Positions 24,686 to 38,092 are shown, numbered from the stretch's first letter. The stretch is 64,000 nt of DNA from Callorhinchus milii (GCF_018977255.1 NW_024704742.1:9116001-9180000), one strand, 5' to 3'. Translations and numbers: made by a program. The notes: generated from the sequence alone by a model not told the origin.

Positions 24686-25149
24686 TACATCAACAGCAAT
24701 AATTTGCAATTTTATAGTGCCCTCACGTGGTGTAACATCACGGAGCACTTAACAGATCAAAGGAGAAGTTTAGATGAAAACGTAGACTCAATCCTTCATC
24801 ACCTAGAACAGCATCAAGAACTTTCTTCAAGTTCTGTCTCTTAGTTTCAATCACCCTTCCCTGTAACCTATTCCAGCTATCGATTACCCTCTGTGTAAAG
24901 AAATGCTTCCTGTCGTCTGTCCTGAAATTGCCCTTCTTTCCTGAGACTGCCACATCTTGTCTTTCTGAACTTTAAACATCACAGAAGGCCTGAAATTCCA
25001 CCTGGTCTCAACCTGAACATTTTTCAATTCTGTCTTGATTTAGAAGCTGTTTCCTGTCAACAAAAATACAGAAAACTGGCCTTCAAGATTTAGGCAGAAT
25101 TTAAGAAATTCTTCACAATTCCCTGTAAACTTCCATTCTAAGAAGAAAT

Positions 25150-25500
25150 ATTACTAATCTTTGCTTTTGACATAGCACCTTAACACGACGTCGAGGTGCC
25201 TCAAAGCATTTCATAAGTTGTAATGTAAAGTGGTGTAACTGTATTTTGTGAATGAATACAGCAGCCAGTTTTGTGCACCGCAATGACCCACAATCAGCCA
25301 TGGTGTGAGTGACTATTTTTATTTGGGAGGTTGATGGCCAGGACACCAGGAGAAACTCTTTTTGAATAGTCCCACTGGATCTTTAAGGTCCATCTAGACA
25401 GGCAGGCGGGACCTCAGTTTAACGTCTCATCCAAAGGACAACATTTCAACAGTGTAGCGCCCCCAGCACTCCATTAGAGTATCAGTATTGGCTATATGGG
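25150..25500 (-). mobile_element. Deu-domain SINE fragment
   Basis: Same blocks as 34407-34843. Confidence 0.7.
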
Positions 25501-25671
25501 TTCCAATTTGGGTTTGGACCCAAGTCTTAATGGTTTCTCGGTCCTAAATAATCCTAAGAAAATCATCTCCTAATTTACTGGCTGCAATTGATGAAGTACC
25601 ACATGAACACCGAGTGTTGCATTTGAAACAAGTGCAGGAAATGCGGATTTGACCTGTCATCATGCCACAAA

Positions 25672-25808
25672 AGGCAAACCTAACTTCACATAAGTTGTAT
25701 TAAGTCGGCAGATGTGATTTATGCGAGTTTGTCCCTAACTCGTACTTCACATAAGTAACATTAAATGCTTTGGTTCCGATTGATACGACTCATGCAAGTT
25801 TACCTGTA
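25672..25808. mobile_element. Possible Tigger/pogo-like MITE remnant
   Basis: A motif close to AACTCGCATAAGTCGTAT recurs in both orientations with CpG decay. The right end reads ...AGTTTACCTG-TA, a CAG terminus with a TA target site. Confidence 0.4.
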
Positions 25809-26559
25809 TTCTATATTTTCAACTTCTTGAGATCCTAGTTTAGATGCAATTTAGATACAGTATCATTCAAACAACTCCACTCCATTTCAGAGCTGTCCAA
25901 AAAATGATAATTTTTTCACCACTGAGTCATGGATCTGATGTGAATTTCCACTTCCATGGTTTGATGCAAATGTATAAATACTGACAGTTTAGTTGCACGC
26001 GTGATGAACATTAATTGTGTAAATTGAGATGGTTGAAGTAATTTGTAAGTTGAGGGGGAAAATGAGTGTTGATTGTACATCCTTAATTGTACATTTCTCG
26101 TGCCTGTTTTGGGGAGATATGGTGGAATTTTCTAAACACCTTAAAAGTTGTCAGTTTTGCATGGTGTTGGATTAGATATTGAAATTTTCCTATCGACAGC
26201 AAAAATAGAAACATGCCGAATGAACAAATTAATCAGGACATCAATTAGTTTTGAAAAATATCCGATTCATTGAAAAAAAGTATTTCCCAATATTTGATCT
26301 CTAACAAATGCATGTTATCAGCGTGCTCTGCAGCCTGTCTCCCAAACCAAGCTCCCAATCACTGACTTGCTTAAGTGCTCAAAAGCCTGACTCGGTGCAT
26401 TCTGTACCTGTGCGCGGAGGAAAGAGAGTGAAACCCTTGATGGTGGGAAGTGGCTGAGGTCGATGGCCTAATCCCCTCACACCTCCACTGGCCCCATGAA
26501 AACGTTTCTGCTGCACCTCGACACCCCTTCCTGCAGGTGCCTCGATGTGCCACGACAAA

Positions 26560-26890
26560 ACAACAAAATTACATTTGTACAGCGCCTTTCACGTCGGGAG
26601 GACGTCCCAAGGCACTGGACTGTCAGTGTTTCAGATCTGAGCTGGGGTCGGGATTGGGGAGCGTGGAGGGCAGGGGGGAAGCAGGGTGATCGAAAGCACA
26701 GTTGAAGTGGAGGGTCTTGAGATGGGTCTTGAAGGAGGCAAGGGGGGGTCGAGGCGGAGGGATTATGGATTGGAGTTCCAGAGGGTGGGGGCAGAGTGGC
26801 AGAAGGACTGCCCGCCAATAGTGGGGTGAGCGAGGTGGGGGATATGAAGCAGGCCGGAGCCCGCTGAGCGGAGGAAGCGAGCAGGCACGA
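26560..26890 (-). mobile_element. L2 LINE 3' end, tail type A
   Basis: Reverse complement of the 37070-37644 family, with an intact tail at 26581-26616. Confidence 0.85.
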
Positions 26891-27674
26891 GTTCTCTTTC
26901 ATCCCGACCAAGGCTGTGGCTAGTGCTCCACCAAGTGCTCTCCCATGATCTACCTTGCCCCCTGGGGTGCTTTGGATCAGAATTGTGCTGTGCAGTTGTA
27001 TTGTTTTGGTGGAGGAGGGAGATATCAGGTCCGCTGAGCGGAAGGAAAAGACAGGTTGGTAAGGTGTTAGGTAGTCACAGAGGTATAGTACTGTGTGTCA
27101 ATTGAAATTTCGACCCTACTGTCTGTTGTCAAGGACAGAGATTGTTAGCCAGGTTTCTCCAGGGAGGAACGGGCAAGAAAGATGTAAGCACATTTATTTT
27201 TGTAAACCATAGACAATGAACGCAGAGCTCGAGAGTATGACATTCAAAATAATAAGCTTCAAGCAGTTATTGAGATCAGAAGAATTTTACTTCCCCCCTC
27301 ACAGAACAGTAGATAAAATAGAATAAAACAGTCAGATTCAAGTGAAATACATATCTCTTGTTGTCAACAGGACAGAGAATAGATGATCGAACGCTTTGCG
27401 AAATGTGATGGTTTTTAAGACCTGAGAAATATCAAGCAGAGGAAGGCAGCTGGATAGCATGAGATGTGAGGATAAAGAGATTTAGAATTTCTCTTGTTTT
27501 ACTGAGAGTGTGCCAGAGAGATGGCTAGAGAACAATTTCTAAGAGATTAAATAGATTGGTGTACTTTGTTTTGGATCCAATGACGATCTTTTCTGTGGTT
27601 TGCACAGAAATAAAACCTCCACTTACTGGGGTTTAACAAGCACTATTTGCTAATACGGCTACAACGAGAAAAAA

Positions 27675-28380
27675 TAAATCACATGTGTAGAGCACCTTTC
27701 ACGTCAGGAGGACATCCCAAGGTGCTGGACTGTCAGTGTTTCGGACCCGAGTTGGGGGTTGGGATTTGGGAGGGTCGAGGCCAGTGGGGGAAGCAGGGTG
27801 ATTGAAAGCACAGTTGAAGAGGAGGGCCTTGAGACAGGTCTTGAAGGAGGCAAGGGAGGGGTTGAGGCAGAGGGACTGTGGGATGGAGTTCCAGAGGGTG
27901 TGGGCAAAGTGGCTGAAGGCCCGCCCGCCAGGCTGGAGCCCAATGAGCAGAGGGAGCATGCAGGATGGTAGGGGGTTAGGAGGTTGCAGAGGTAGGGGGA
28001 GCAAGGCCATGGAGGGCTTTGAAGATGAGGACCAGGATCTTGAACTGTATCCTCTGTGTGATGGGAAGCCAGTGAAGTCCGGCGAGGATGGGGATGATAG
28101 GGTCACGGAGCCTGGTGCTGGAGAGGACATGGGCTGCAGAGTTCTGGATGATCTACAGCCTATGGAGGAAGGAGTTGGGGAGGCCGACAAGCAAGGAGTT
28201 TGCATAATTGAGCCTGGATGTTATGAATGCGTATATGAGGATTCTGGTGGCCTGTGGTGTGAGACAGTTGTGGAGCCAGGGGTTGTTGTGGAGGTGGGGG
28301 ACGGCAAACCAGGTCATGGCACTGATGTGGGGTAGAAAGGATTGTTGAGAGTTAAACACGACGCCAAGTTCCAGACTGGC
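27675..28380 (-). mobile_element. L2 LINE 3' fragment
   Basis: ILIYAFITSRLNYANSLLVGLP and GGRAFSHFAHTLWNSIP, plus tail. Confidence 0.9.
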
Positions 28381-29760
28381 TTAGTAAAAAAATAGCTTAA
28401 CAACAACAACAACATTTATATAGCACCCTTCACGTGGGGTAGCGTCTCTGAGCACTTGTCATACTAGCAATACTAGTAATACTAGCAAATAGTATTTGTT
28501 AACATGAGCAAACCGTTCCATTATAAACGGAACAAAAATTTTTCCTGATGTCCAATTTGAGATATTTGGAGACCTGATGTGATGTTTGTGAATCCTGAAA
28601 TACGACTTTGGTTGGAGATCAAAACCTGCTTTGCTCACTACAGGCTTATACATTTCTCCCACAAAATGCATGGTCACTACACTTTACAGTATATCTTGTG
28701 GAACGATTTGGGATATCCTCCCGACATGAGGTTTATTTCTAGGATTTGCAATTTACCATTTCTCACAAAACTGGTGTCTGAAGGGTGTGAGGAAGAGCAT
28801 TTCCAGTTAGTAGCCATTTTTTTGCCTCCATGAGGTGGCGACTGTATTCAGATCACATCTGAAAACCTTCCTCTTCGACCGCTACTACAGTCACCTCCCC
28901 CCTCCCCTCCCCACGGCTCAGCGTCAGGCTCTGCCATTATTAAATGTTCCAAGACGCTACTCCTTGTGATGGGCGCCATGTAAACACAAACTGTTGTTGA
29001 TATCTGGTAATAATTGGTTCCAGGGGTAATCATGCCATCAAACGAAAAAAAAATTGATCACTCAATTCCCGACTGTTGTGGGACACTGCTGTGCACAATT
29101 GGCTGCTGCGTTTCGCCCACAAAATATACAGACAATTCACTTCACAGTATATTCTGTGAGGGACTTTGAGACGTCTCAGCGACGTGATATAAGGCGCTAT
29201 ATCAAATGCAAGGATTATTATTATAAATTAGCACGTTGAGTTCAGTTTGCAAATGCAGTATTGTAGATTAGATCCCAATGTTAGCAAAGAAACTTCTCTT
29301 CCTTCCCCCCCACACTCCCACACAGTATTTCAGTTAATTACAGTTGCCCACAATCTACATGTATATCATTGCTGTATTCAGCATTGCATGATACTATACA
29401 GCCGTCAGCATAGAAATCAAGCACTAAGCTGGTTTCTTTATCTCTGTAGAACAGCTGACAGTGAATTTCATCGGGTATTTATTTTATGGATTTATATGGT
29501 GTAGTGTGGCTAAAAGATTCACAATAATGTGACATGCTTTTGAAATAAGTTACAAAAGCAAGTGAGATTTCTTCGAATTTAATTAAACTTTTTTGGGAAA
29601 AACTATTTTTTGTCTTTAAAGTTTTGACTAGAAATAAAAGATATCTAGCCATTCAATCCATGGAAGTTGAATATTATTCTCGGGTAATAAGAAGCAGTAA
29701 CCTGCCAAACAGATTTGCAATTATCTGCAAATAGGTTTGTATCATATGTGTGTGCCAAAC

Positions 29761-30074
29761 ATAATAATCTTTGCATTTGATATAGCGCTTTTCACGCCGG
29801 GAGGACATCCCAATGCGCTTCACAGAACACACTGTAAAGTGAATTGACTGTATATTTGTGGGCGAACGCGGCAGCCAATTGCGCACAGCAATGTCCCACA
29901 AACAGTCGTAGATTGAAAATGACCAATTTATTATTGTTTTTGGTTTTGGAGGGATTATTATTAGGCTCTGTATGGAGTAAGGAAACTTGCCCAAGGTTTC
30001 GCCCTCTGTCTGGAATTGAACTCAGGTCTCTCGCTTGCAAAGCGAGTGCTCTAACCACTGAGCTACAGGACTCC
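29761..30074 (-). mobile_element. tRNA-Ala-derived SINE, short subfamily
   Basis: Full head to tail with the same internal deletion; tail loop is of the CTCCC type. Confidence 0.9.
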
Positions 30075-30283
30075 ATAGGAGAGTATTAAGGAATGACATC
30101 ATGTATTACTAAAAAAGTTATTTAAAACTATTGTTTTGAGTGTCGTATATGCATTATCCACGGACAGTTCTGAATTGTAATTTGCGGAGTGTGAGGAGTA
30201 GAAGTTGGAGCATTTTTTCAGGTTGGGGGTGGGGTCAGGGCGGAGACCGGGAGCAAACATTTAGTGGACATGGTCAGCCCATA

Positions 30284-30710
30284 GGCATGGTGGGGGCTAG
30301 GGGGAGACAGGGCACACGTATGGTGGGGGCTAGGGGGAGACAGGACACAGGCATGGCGGGGGCTAGGGGGAGACGGGACACATGGCATGGTGGGGGCTAG
30401 GGGGAGACAGGACGCAGGCATGACGGGGACTAGGGGAAGACAGCACACAGGCATGGTGGGGGCTCGGGGGAGACAGGATACCTGCATGGAGGGGGCTAGG
30501 GGGAGACAGGACACAGGCATGGTGGGGGCTAGGGCACACAGCACACATGGCATGGTGGGGGCTAGGGGGAGACAGGACGCAGGCATGGTGGGGGCTAGGG
30601 GAAAACAGCACACAGGCATGGTGGGGGTTCGGGGGAGACAGGACACAGGCATGGTGGGGGCTAGGACACACTGCACACATGGCATGGTGGGTGCTACGGG
30701 GAGACAGCAG
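30284..30710. repeat. Minisatellite, about 13 copies of a 33-bp G-rich unit (GGCATGGTGGGGGCTAGGGGGAGACAGGACACA)
   Basis: Direct reading of head-to-tail units with no unique spacers. Confidence 0.95.
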
Positions 30711-33700
30711 AGGGGGCAGACAGAGGGAATGGCTTGACCAAAACCAGAGAGGGAGGGGATCGGTGGGAGTAAAGGAGGAGGACAGGGAAGAGGTGAGGAA
30801 TAGAAATAACAAGAACACTGAAAAACGACGATTGGAAATGACGGTTTGGGCCGTTGGTCCAGGCGGCAGATTTTGAAACGGCGTCTCTGCGCCTGGAACA
30901 TTGACCCCCTCAGCTCATTGACTTCCCCCCCGCTCTCCAAAGCTTCGCCACTCGCTTCTTTGTATCTTTTGTTGTCTAGTATTTCTTATGTTCTTATAAA
31001 ACTTTGTCTGGTTACTTCAAATTAATTCCCTCAGGATTGAGAGATTAATTTCGAGGCATTCCTCTGAATGCACAAGAGCTGAGAAGCATTAGTTGCGGGG
31101 GAGCAACTTTCTTCACTTGATGATATTTAGTTGATATAAAGGTTATAATTTAGCACTGCTGGCTTTGTGAGCTTTGTAAATGCTTGCAGAGTTGAATTTT
31201 CTTTCAATCCTAAAATAGTTTTGCCTGCTGGATTGCTATCTTGTGCTAGTGAGTACCAAACCCACTATTTGTTTAGTTGATCAACAAGGTGTCTTGATGT
31301 GTAAGAGGGATGTATATACAACAACAACTCTGATTTATATAGCGCTCTCCATGCCGGACGGTGTCTCAGAGCGCTTTAATTGCGGGAAAGGGGGCATAGG
31401 TGGAATTATAATAATAATATTAATAATCCTTGCATTTGATAAAGCGCTTTTCACGTCTTCGAGACGTCTCAAAGTACTTCACAGAATATACTGTACAGTG
31501 AATTGACTGTATATTTGTGGGGAAAACGCAGCAGCCAATTGTGCACAACAGTATCCCACAAACAGTCGTGGATGAAATCTGGATGAAAATATATATTTGA
31601 ACCAAATCTACAAAATTAATGATTCAACTTGTGCCTCTGGTGAATTCCAGCCAAATAGCTTATGTGTGAAGAATGACCATTTGAACAAGAGCTGCTACTG
31701 TATGTTGGAAAATGGGCAGCCAGAGTTAGGTTCTTCAGGAGGAGGAGGAGGCAGAGAGGAGAAATTAAGCAAAAGAAAACCTTTTCAACAACATGCCTTA
31801 TTATTAACACAACCAAGGACAATGGCTTTTCTTCTGAAGACAGTATTGGTTGTACATTTTCATCTTCCAAGTAAGGTCAACTTTATTATTCCTCTCGCAG
31901 TCATTCTGATTGAAGGGTGGAAACATTTCTCATGGAGAACACGCTATCCAGAATACTGGCTCGCAAAATAACTAGTTCAGCTCAATGATCCTAAAGACAG
32001 TATTGTAGGATCGCTGCTATTAGAAAACCGATGAAGCTGTGTATCGTGTACCCTTTTTAGCTATTGTGTCGTCCACAAAATATACAGTCAATTCACTTTA
32101 CAGTATATTCTGTGAAGCCTCAACGATGTGATGAACCTATGTCAAACGCAAGGATTGTTAGAATTGTAATTATATAACAATCATACCATGTACTGTAGTT
32201 GTTATAATGTGGAAATATTCCAGTGGACATACACATAGAGAGGTATTCTTTTATCATAGCAATTTTTAAAAAAAAATCCCCCATAGAGAATGCCCGTGTG
32301 TGTGATTATAATAAATAATCTTTGCATTTAAAATGGCATCTTTCATTATCAGGAGGACATCCTAAAAGGCTTCATAGGGTTTACTGTAGAGTGTGTGTAG
32401 GGACTGTGTTGTTTGCAGGTGAACTTGTGTTAAGGTGTATATTATAAGGTTTTGCAATAATTTAAGAAACTAGTGCAAAGTCGATATTTTGGAAATAAGC
32501 TTTACTGAGAAAGAGAGAAAAATATAATAATGATGATAATAATAATCCTGATATTTGATATGGCACCTTATCATGTCTTCGAGACGCCTCAAAGCGCTTC
32601 ACAGAATATAGAATACACTGTGAAGTGAATTGACTGTATATTTGTGGGTGAAATGTGGCAGTCAATAGCGCACAGTAGTGTCCCACAAACAGTTATGGAT
32701 TAATTGAGCAAATTTTTTTTTGAGGGATTATTATCCCCGGAAAAGCGATTCGACAATCGACTAACAACCAGCCGATTGATGAGAGAACTCGTGTTCCTTC
32801 GGGTGAAAGTTCCAAGATGAAATATTTTCTGAACAAATTTGATGGTTTGGATGGAGCAGGATAAAGGAACTTGCCAAATCATTTTCACTTTAGAAGAAAC
32901 TCAATGATTCCATGGACATACATTTTTTTTCTTGCCAATTTTCTTCTCTGAGCTCCTGAAGGTAATTTTGGTTTATGAACAATCTTGACACCAGTAGTCC
33001 AGTCCAGTATTGTATTGCTGGCTACCAAGAAATATGCTCTTAATAAAGTACTACCTGATTTTTAAGCTGAGTTACTCGTTTAATTGGAGTTGAAGTATCC
33101 TTGAAGTAGTTTGATGTATAGCCAGATAGCTGGCACAGGGACACTGTGCCTTTACTAACAAGACTGTCATGAAGTATAGGAGTTTTACGCTGACAGTTTT
33201 AAGAGTATGACTTTATTTATTGGAACCACAAAAGGATAATGTATGTGTGTGTGATACTCAGCAAAGTGAAAACCTGAGCCCTATTTACAATGCTGCAGAG
33301 GTAATTTAGCAGCCTCATGCTTTATTATATTGTAAAACCTCTCTAAACTAGTAACACTTATGCTGCCGTTAAATGGTTACAGATCTGATTCAGATGCATT
33401 AGCATTGCGTTCCACTGAGATAGATTTGCAATTCAGTTTCGCATTTGTCTGCTGTACAGTCCAATGTGTGGAATTTTACAGAAATAATGGAATAATTACT
33501 TTGGACAGCAGAAAACCCATTTGAGTACCTGCTGTGGAAATTGGCTCTGTCGCTCTATTTTCAGATTGCTTTGATCCACGTCTTGAAGTGCCCAGTCCCA
33601 TTATTTCAGTGGATTAATGCAATATGTCAGTTTAAGAGGACTAGAACAGTGAATGGCAATGACTGACAATGACGTGAGAGGGAGATGCAAGGTGCAACCC

Positions 33701-34406
33701 TGTACTAAGACCAAAGAGGGCAGTTGTTCTCGGTGGTACAGCAGACTGTTTTGGCACAGCCTCCATGGGAATCTACCATGGTGTCCATTATTACCCCCTC
33801 ACTTGTTTTTATAAGTAAAAACAAGAGCTGTGCAGACTTGTGCCTTTGTGTTGAAATTAAGTTGTGTTTTTTTTTAAAAATGTGCAGAACTCATCAGTTT
33901 TCTAGCCTCCTGACCAATTATTTTTAAGAACTTTAAAAATCCTCTCTTGAAGTCCTTGGGTCATCCTCTGGGATGTTCTTAAAGAAGCTTTGTGGAGCAG
34001 AGTCTAATTTGATTTGCTAAGTCTATACTGCAGTGGGATGAATCAAACTGCTCTTAAACTTGCTTCCTCCAGGAATGGACCTTTAACATGATTCGTGCTG
34101 GCGTTTTAATTCTCCCCAAACGGCAGTAATTGCAATCTCGATATGTTTGTCGAATTAAGTATACCTGGGGGTGATGATTATAAGGCAGTAACAAGTAATA
34201 TAATACGGAGGCTTGGATAACCTGAACTGTAGTAGCAGGAAATTAACAATTTCTATCTTTTAATCGACGCCTAGATTTAGACAACTTTTAGTTCTGGCTC
34301 AATTTTTTATGCGCTGAATGTATACACTGAAGAATTAACTATTCTGTTCTCTATTAGGTCAAAATTGTAGCTTGTGGTATCATCGGTGATAATTCACATG
34401 ACCAAC

Positions 34407-34843
34407 AATAATAATGCTTGTGTTTGGTCTCGCACCTTTCACATCAGGAGGACATCCTGTTCAAAAATGCTTCACAGGCGATATTGTAAATTGGGGTGAC
34501 TGTTTTGTGGGCAAATGCGAGAGCCAATTTGCACACAGCAATATCCCACAAACAGCCATGGAGCGAATGACCAATTTTATTTGGGGAATTGCTGGCTAGG
34601 ACACTGGGAGAAACTCCCTTTTCTTTTCAAATAATGCCATGGGATTTTTAACATCTACCTCAACAGGCAGAAGAGACCTTGGTTTAATGTCTCAATAGGA
34701 AGGACGGCACCTCCAACAATGGCAGACACCCCAGCATTGCATTGGAGTGTCATCTTAGATGATATAAGTCGCAAGGCTCAAAGCATAGCTCAAACCCGGA
34801 ACCTTCGGACTCAGAGGATGTTACCAACTGAGCCAGGCTGACA
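34407..34843 (-). mobile_element. Deu-domain SINE (SacSINE1/AmnSINE1-type), near full length
   Basis: The minus strand has a TGTCAGCCTGGCTCAGTTGGTA head, GGAGGTGCCGTCCTT, ATCCCATGGCATTATTTGAA, GCTGTTTGTGGGATATTGCTGTGTGCAAATTGGCT and an L2-type tail. These match the recalled Deu domain. Confidence 0.8.
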
Positions 34844-37069
34844 AACAATGCATTGAATAGGTATTACGGACTTATGGGGGGAGGGGAAAAGAACTTGCTC
34901 TTTCTCTTATTTTCCCTCCCTCTTCCCTGTCTGTGTCGGTGTCTGTGTCGTCTCTTTGACAGAGCAATCCATTTAGCCCCATTTACTCTCCTTTTTGCCT
35001 TGGGACGTCCTCGGGATGTGTAAGGCATTATACAAATGTAATTTGGATTGTTGTTTTGTATATCCCTCTTCTTGCATAACTCCTCTTTAGAATCAGAGGT
35101 ATTTACCGTGCAGAATGAGGCTGTTTGGCCCATCAAAACTCTACTGACGCTGAGCAAGATGTTCTTTCAATCCCATTGCCCTGCCCTGCCTTACCCTTAT
35201 ACCTGCTCTTCTCACTATCCCATAATCTTTGTTGTAAAATGTGACATAGGTATCTATCTAGTTCCCTCTTGAAAACCAACATGGATTCTGTGTCGCCCAC
35301 ACATCTGGCAGGGTATTCCACATCCTATCAACTGCCGAGTGAGAAGCTGTGTTGTTTGACATGATCGCTGCAAGTGTATTGACTGCGGATCTACCCTTGA
35401 TTGTTCACATATTATCCAATGTCTGTCTAAATTACAAACATCAATTTCACTTCTATTGTGCTATCTGTCATCTTTTTTTTTAATGCAACTGCAGCACAGC
35501 GGACCTTCAGCTAAACCTTTGAATAATCACTTGGAGTCTGTAATGATTGCTAGCGATTATTTACAGCTCTTCCTGATGGAGTCTGGCAGCGCACGAAAGA
35601 GGTAAAATTAATGCAGTTAAATGTTTCTGCCTTATAACTCTATCATACTGCACTTTTGGGAGCTGTCTTTGTAAAAGTGCTCCCAAAGGTATCGTACAAT
35701 CACTGAGGCCATCACAAGTACTTAAGTGTGCTTCCAAACAGACTACCTCCAAGAGAAGATGGCCCAGAGCAGTGCAGTCTGTTGGTTGTAGTGTGGTTGT
35801 AAGCGGATTTCTCTAAACTACTTTTGAAATTCTTAGTTTAGTGCCCAGAGCCACAGCATCTTTGCAAACTCTACTTTCCTTCTTCTCAAATTAGATCCAT
35901 GTCACCTTTGGTTTGCAGACCAAGTGCGTAAGTCTTTAAACTTCCCCTCCCCCCAAATTCTGGAGAAACTCCCTTTCTCTTATTGAATGGTTCCATGGGA
36001 CCTTTAATACCCACCTGAGCTTTGGTTCATGTCAATCTGAAGCATTTCTCCCAGTATTGTCTTGAGTATCCAGTAATCCCAGTTGTCCCAGCTGATTTTT
36101 TTTTCCAGAACCTTATCCAGGGGTTCAATCTGTTCATGATCTCATTCCTCCCTAACTATACCATCTTCTCCCACCTGTGCCCCCTGCATCTTTAACTCTG
36201 ATCTGCTGCTCACTTGCTTCCTCCCTCCCGCCATCAGAGGTCGAGCCTTCAGCCACTTTACCTCTCCGATTTGCAGTACTCTCTTGCTTACCTTCACAAC
36301 CTTCCCCCCCCAAACAGATTGTCTTTAGTTAACCCCTTAAGTCCTTCTTCTTTTCCTCCCTGCTCACTATCATTTCTGTGAAGCACTCCAAGACATTCAT
36401 CTTGGATGAAAGCTGCTATATAAGTGCTGTTATAAGAGCTGTTATAAGAGCCTTCAGCTCCCCTCTCGACTCTCTTCCCCCTCCTCGCTCCCTCCCTTCC
36501 CTCCCCCTGACCATTTCCCCCCTGCTCGGGTCATGACCCAACTGTATAGCATAGCTTTGGGACGTCCTCCTGACGTGAAAGGCGCTTTATAAATGGAATC
36601 TTGTTGTTGTTGTTGTTGTTATACATAGCATAGACTTTGAGCTCAAGTACTGAATTCAAAGGCTATTAACCCATAACCTCTTGATGTAATGGTTCTACCA
36701 ACTAATCCACAATGGCCCCAAAATGCAAGGATTGAAGCAGCAAATGTTGTTTGTTCCCAACCCACATTTCCAAATATTGCTGTGGCTAATTGCATAACCA
36801 ATCTGGGGTCCATTTGTATAAGGGGCCCATACTGTCAGAGCTTAAACATTGTGTGAAATTAGTTTGGAGGCAAAGGTGTGCTAGAGAGAGAAGACTCATC
36901 CATGGCAACCTATCTCTAGCTTGACTCCTTAAGAAAAGATGGGAGGGAAAAGGCCTGAAGAGGGCCATGGCCAGTGCTACTAGCAGCCCCCACAGTCCCT
37001 TCTTGTCCCTCTCCTAACTCATCGGTGGTTCCCGCATACTTCTAGTCTGGCAAGGCTGCTTCCAGTCCG

Positions 37070-37644
37070 GCAAAACTTGTCGGCCTCCCCAACTATTCCC
37101 TCCTCAAGCTGCAGGTCATCCAGAACTCTGCAGCTCGTGTCCTCTCCTGCTCCAGGCTCCATGACCCAATCACCCCCACCCTCGCCAGCTCCACAGGCTC
37201 CCCATCCCTCAGAGGATTGAATTCAAAATCCTCGTCCTCACTTTCAAGGCCCTCCACGGCCTTGTCCCCTCCTGCCTCTCTGACCTGCTGACCACCTAGC
37301 AACCTGTCCGCTCCTTCTACTCCTTCCACTCCGGGTCTCCCAAGACCCACCCTACCATCGGTGGCCGAGCTTTCAGCTTCTCTGCCCCCATCCTTTGGAA
37401 TTGCATCCCACAATCCCTTCGCCTCGTTCCCCCCCTTGCCTACTTCAAGGTACAACTCAAGACCCCCCTCCATTTCGACGGTGCCTTCAGCCGCCCTCGT
37501 TCCTCTCTGCCCTCCCTCATCCCAATGCTGCCACCCCCCCCCACCACGCTAGGGTCCTGATCCCCAATTGTTCAGCGCCTTGGGACGTCCTCCCGACATG
37601 CAAAGCACTTTACAAATGTAATTTTATTGTTGTTGTTGTTGTTG
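37070..37644 (+). mobile_element. L2 LINE 3' fragment with (GTT)n tail
   Basis: Encodes KLQVIQNSAAR and IEFKIL; ends with tail type A. Confidence 0.9.
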
Positions 37645-37723
37645 GGGCATCCTCACCTCTGATTGGCCAATGGAACTATCAGTCAAGGCAATGGCTCACC
37701 TGTCTTCAAGGACACAGACTCGT

Positions 37724-38092
37724 GGATTCCTGTAGCTCAGCGGTAAGTGCGCTCGCCTTGAGAGGACCTGGGTTCGATTCCCGGCAGGGTGAAACCCTGG
37801 GCACGTTTCCTCACTCCACACAACTCTGTTTACCTAGCAGTAAGTAGGAACCCGGTTGTTAGTTGATTCGTCAATCACTTTTCTGGGGATAATACATTTC
37901 TTCAATATAAATGAAAATAATTTGCTCACTCAATCCACGACTGTCTGTGGGACACTGCTGTGCGCAATTGGCTGCTGTGTTTCTCCCACAAAATGTAGTT
38001 AATTCACTTTACAGTATATTCTGTGAAGCGCTTTGAGACGTCTCAAAGACGTGAAAAGCGCTATATCAAATGCAAAGATTATTATTATTATT
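37724..38092 (+). mobile_element. tRNA-Ala-derived SINE, long subfamily
   Basis: A box TAGCTCAGCGG, B box GGTTCGATTCC, full body and tail. Confidence 0.9.

Noticed and set aside
30284..30710. CRISPR-like array, or repeat-protein ORFs 30218-30940
   Set aside because: The units are contiguous with no unique spacers in a vertebrate context. The ORFs stay open only because the unit length is a multiple of three and lacks stops in those frames.
33565..33617. Candidate next exon after a pyrimidine tract and AG (DCFDPRLEVP...)
   Set aside because: In-frame stop after 17 codons and no Ig-domain Cys/Trp pattern.
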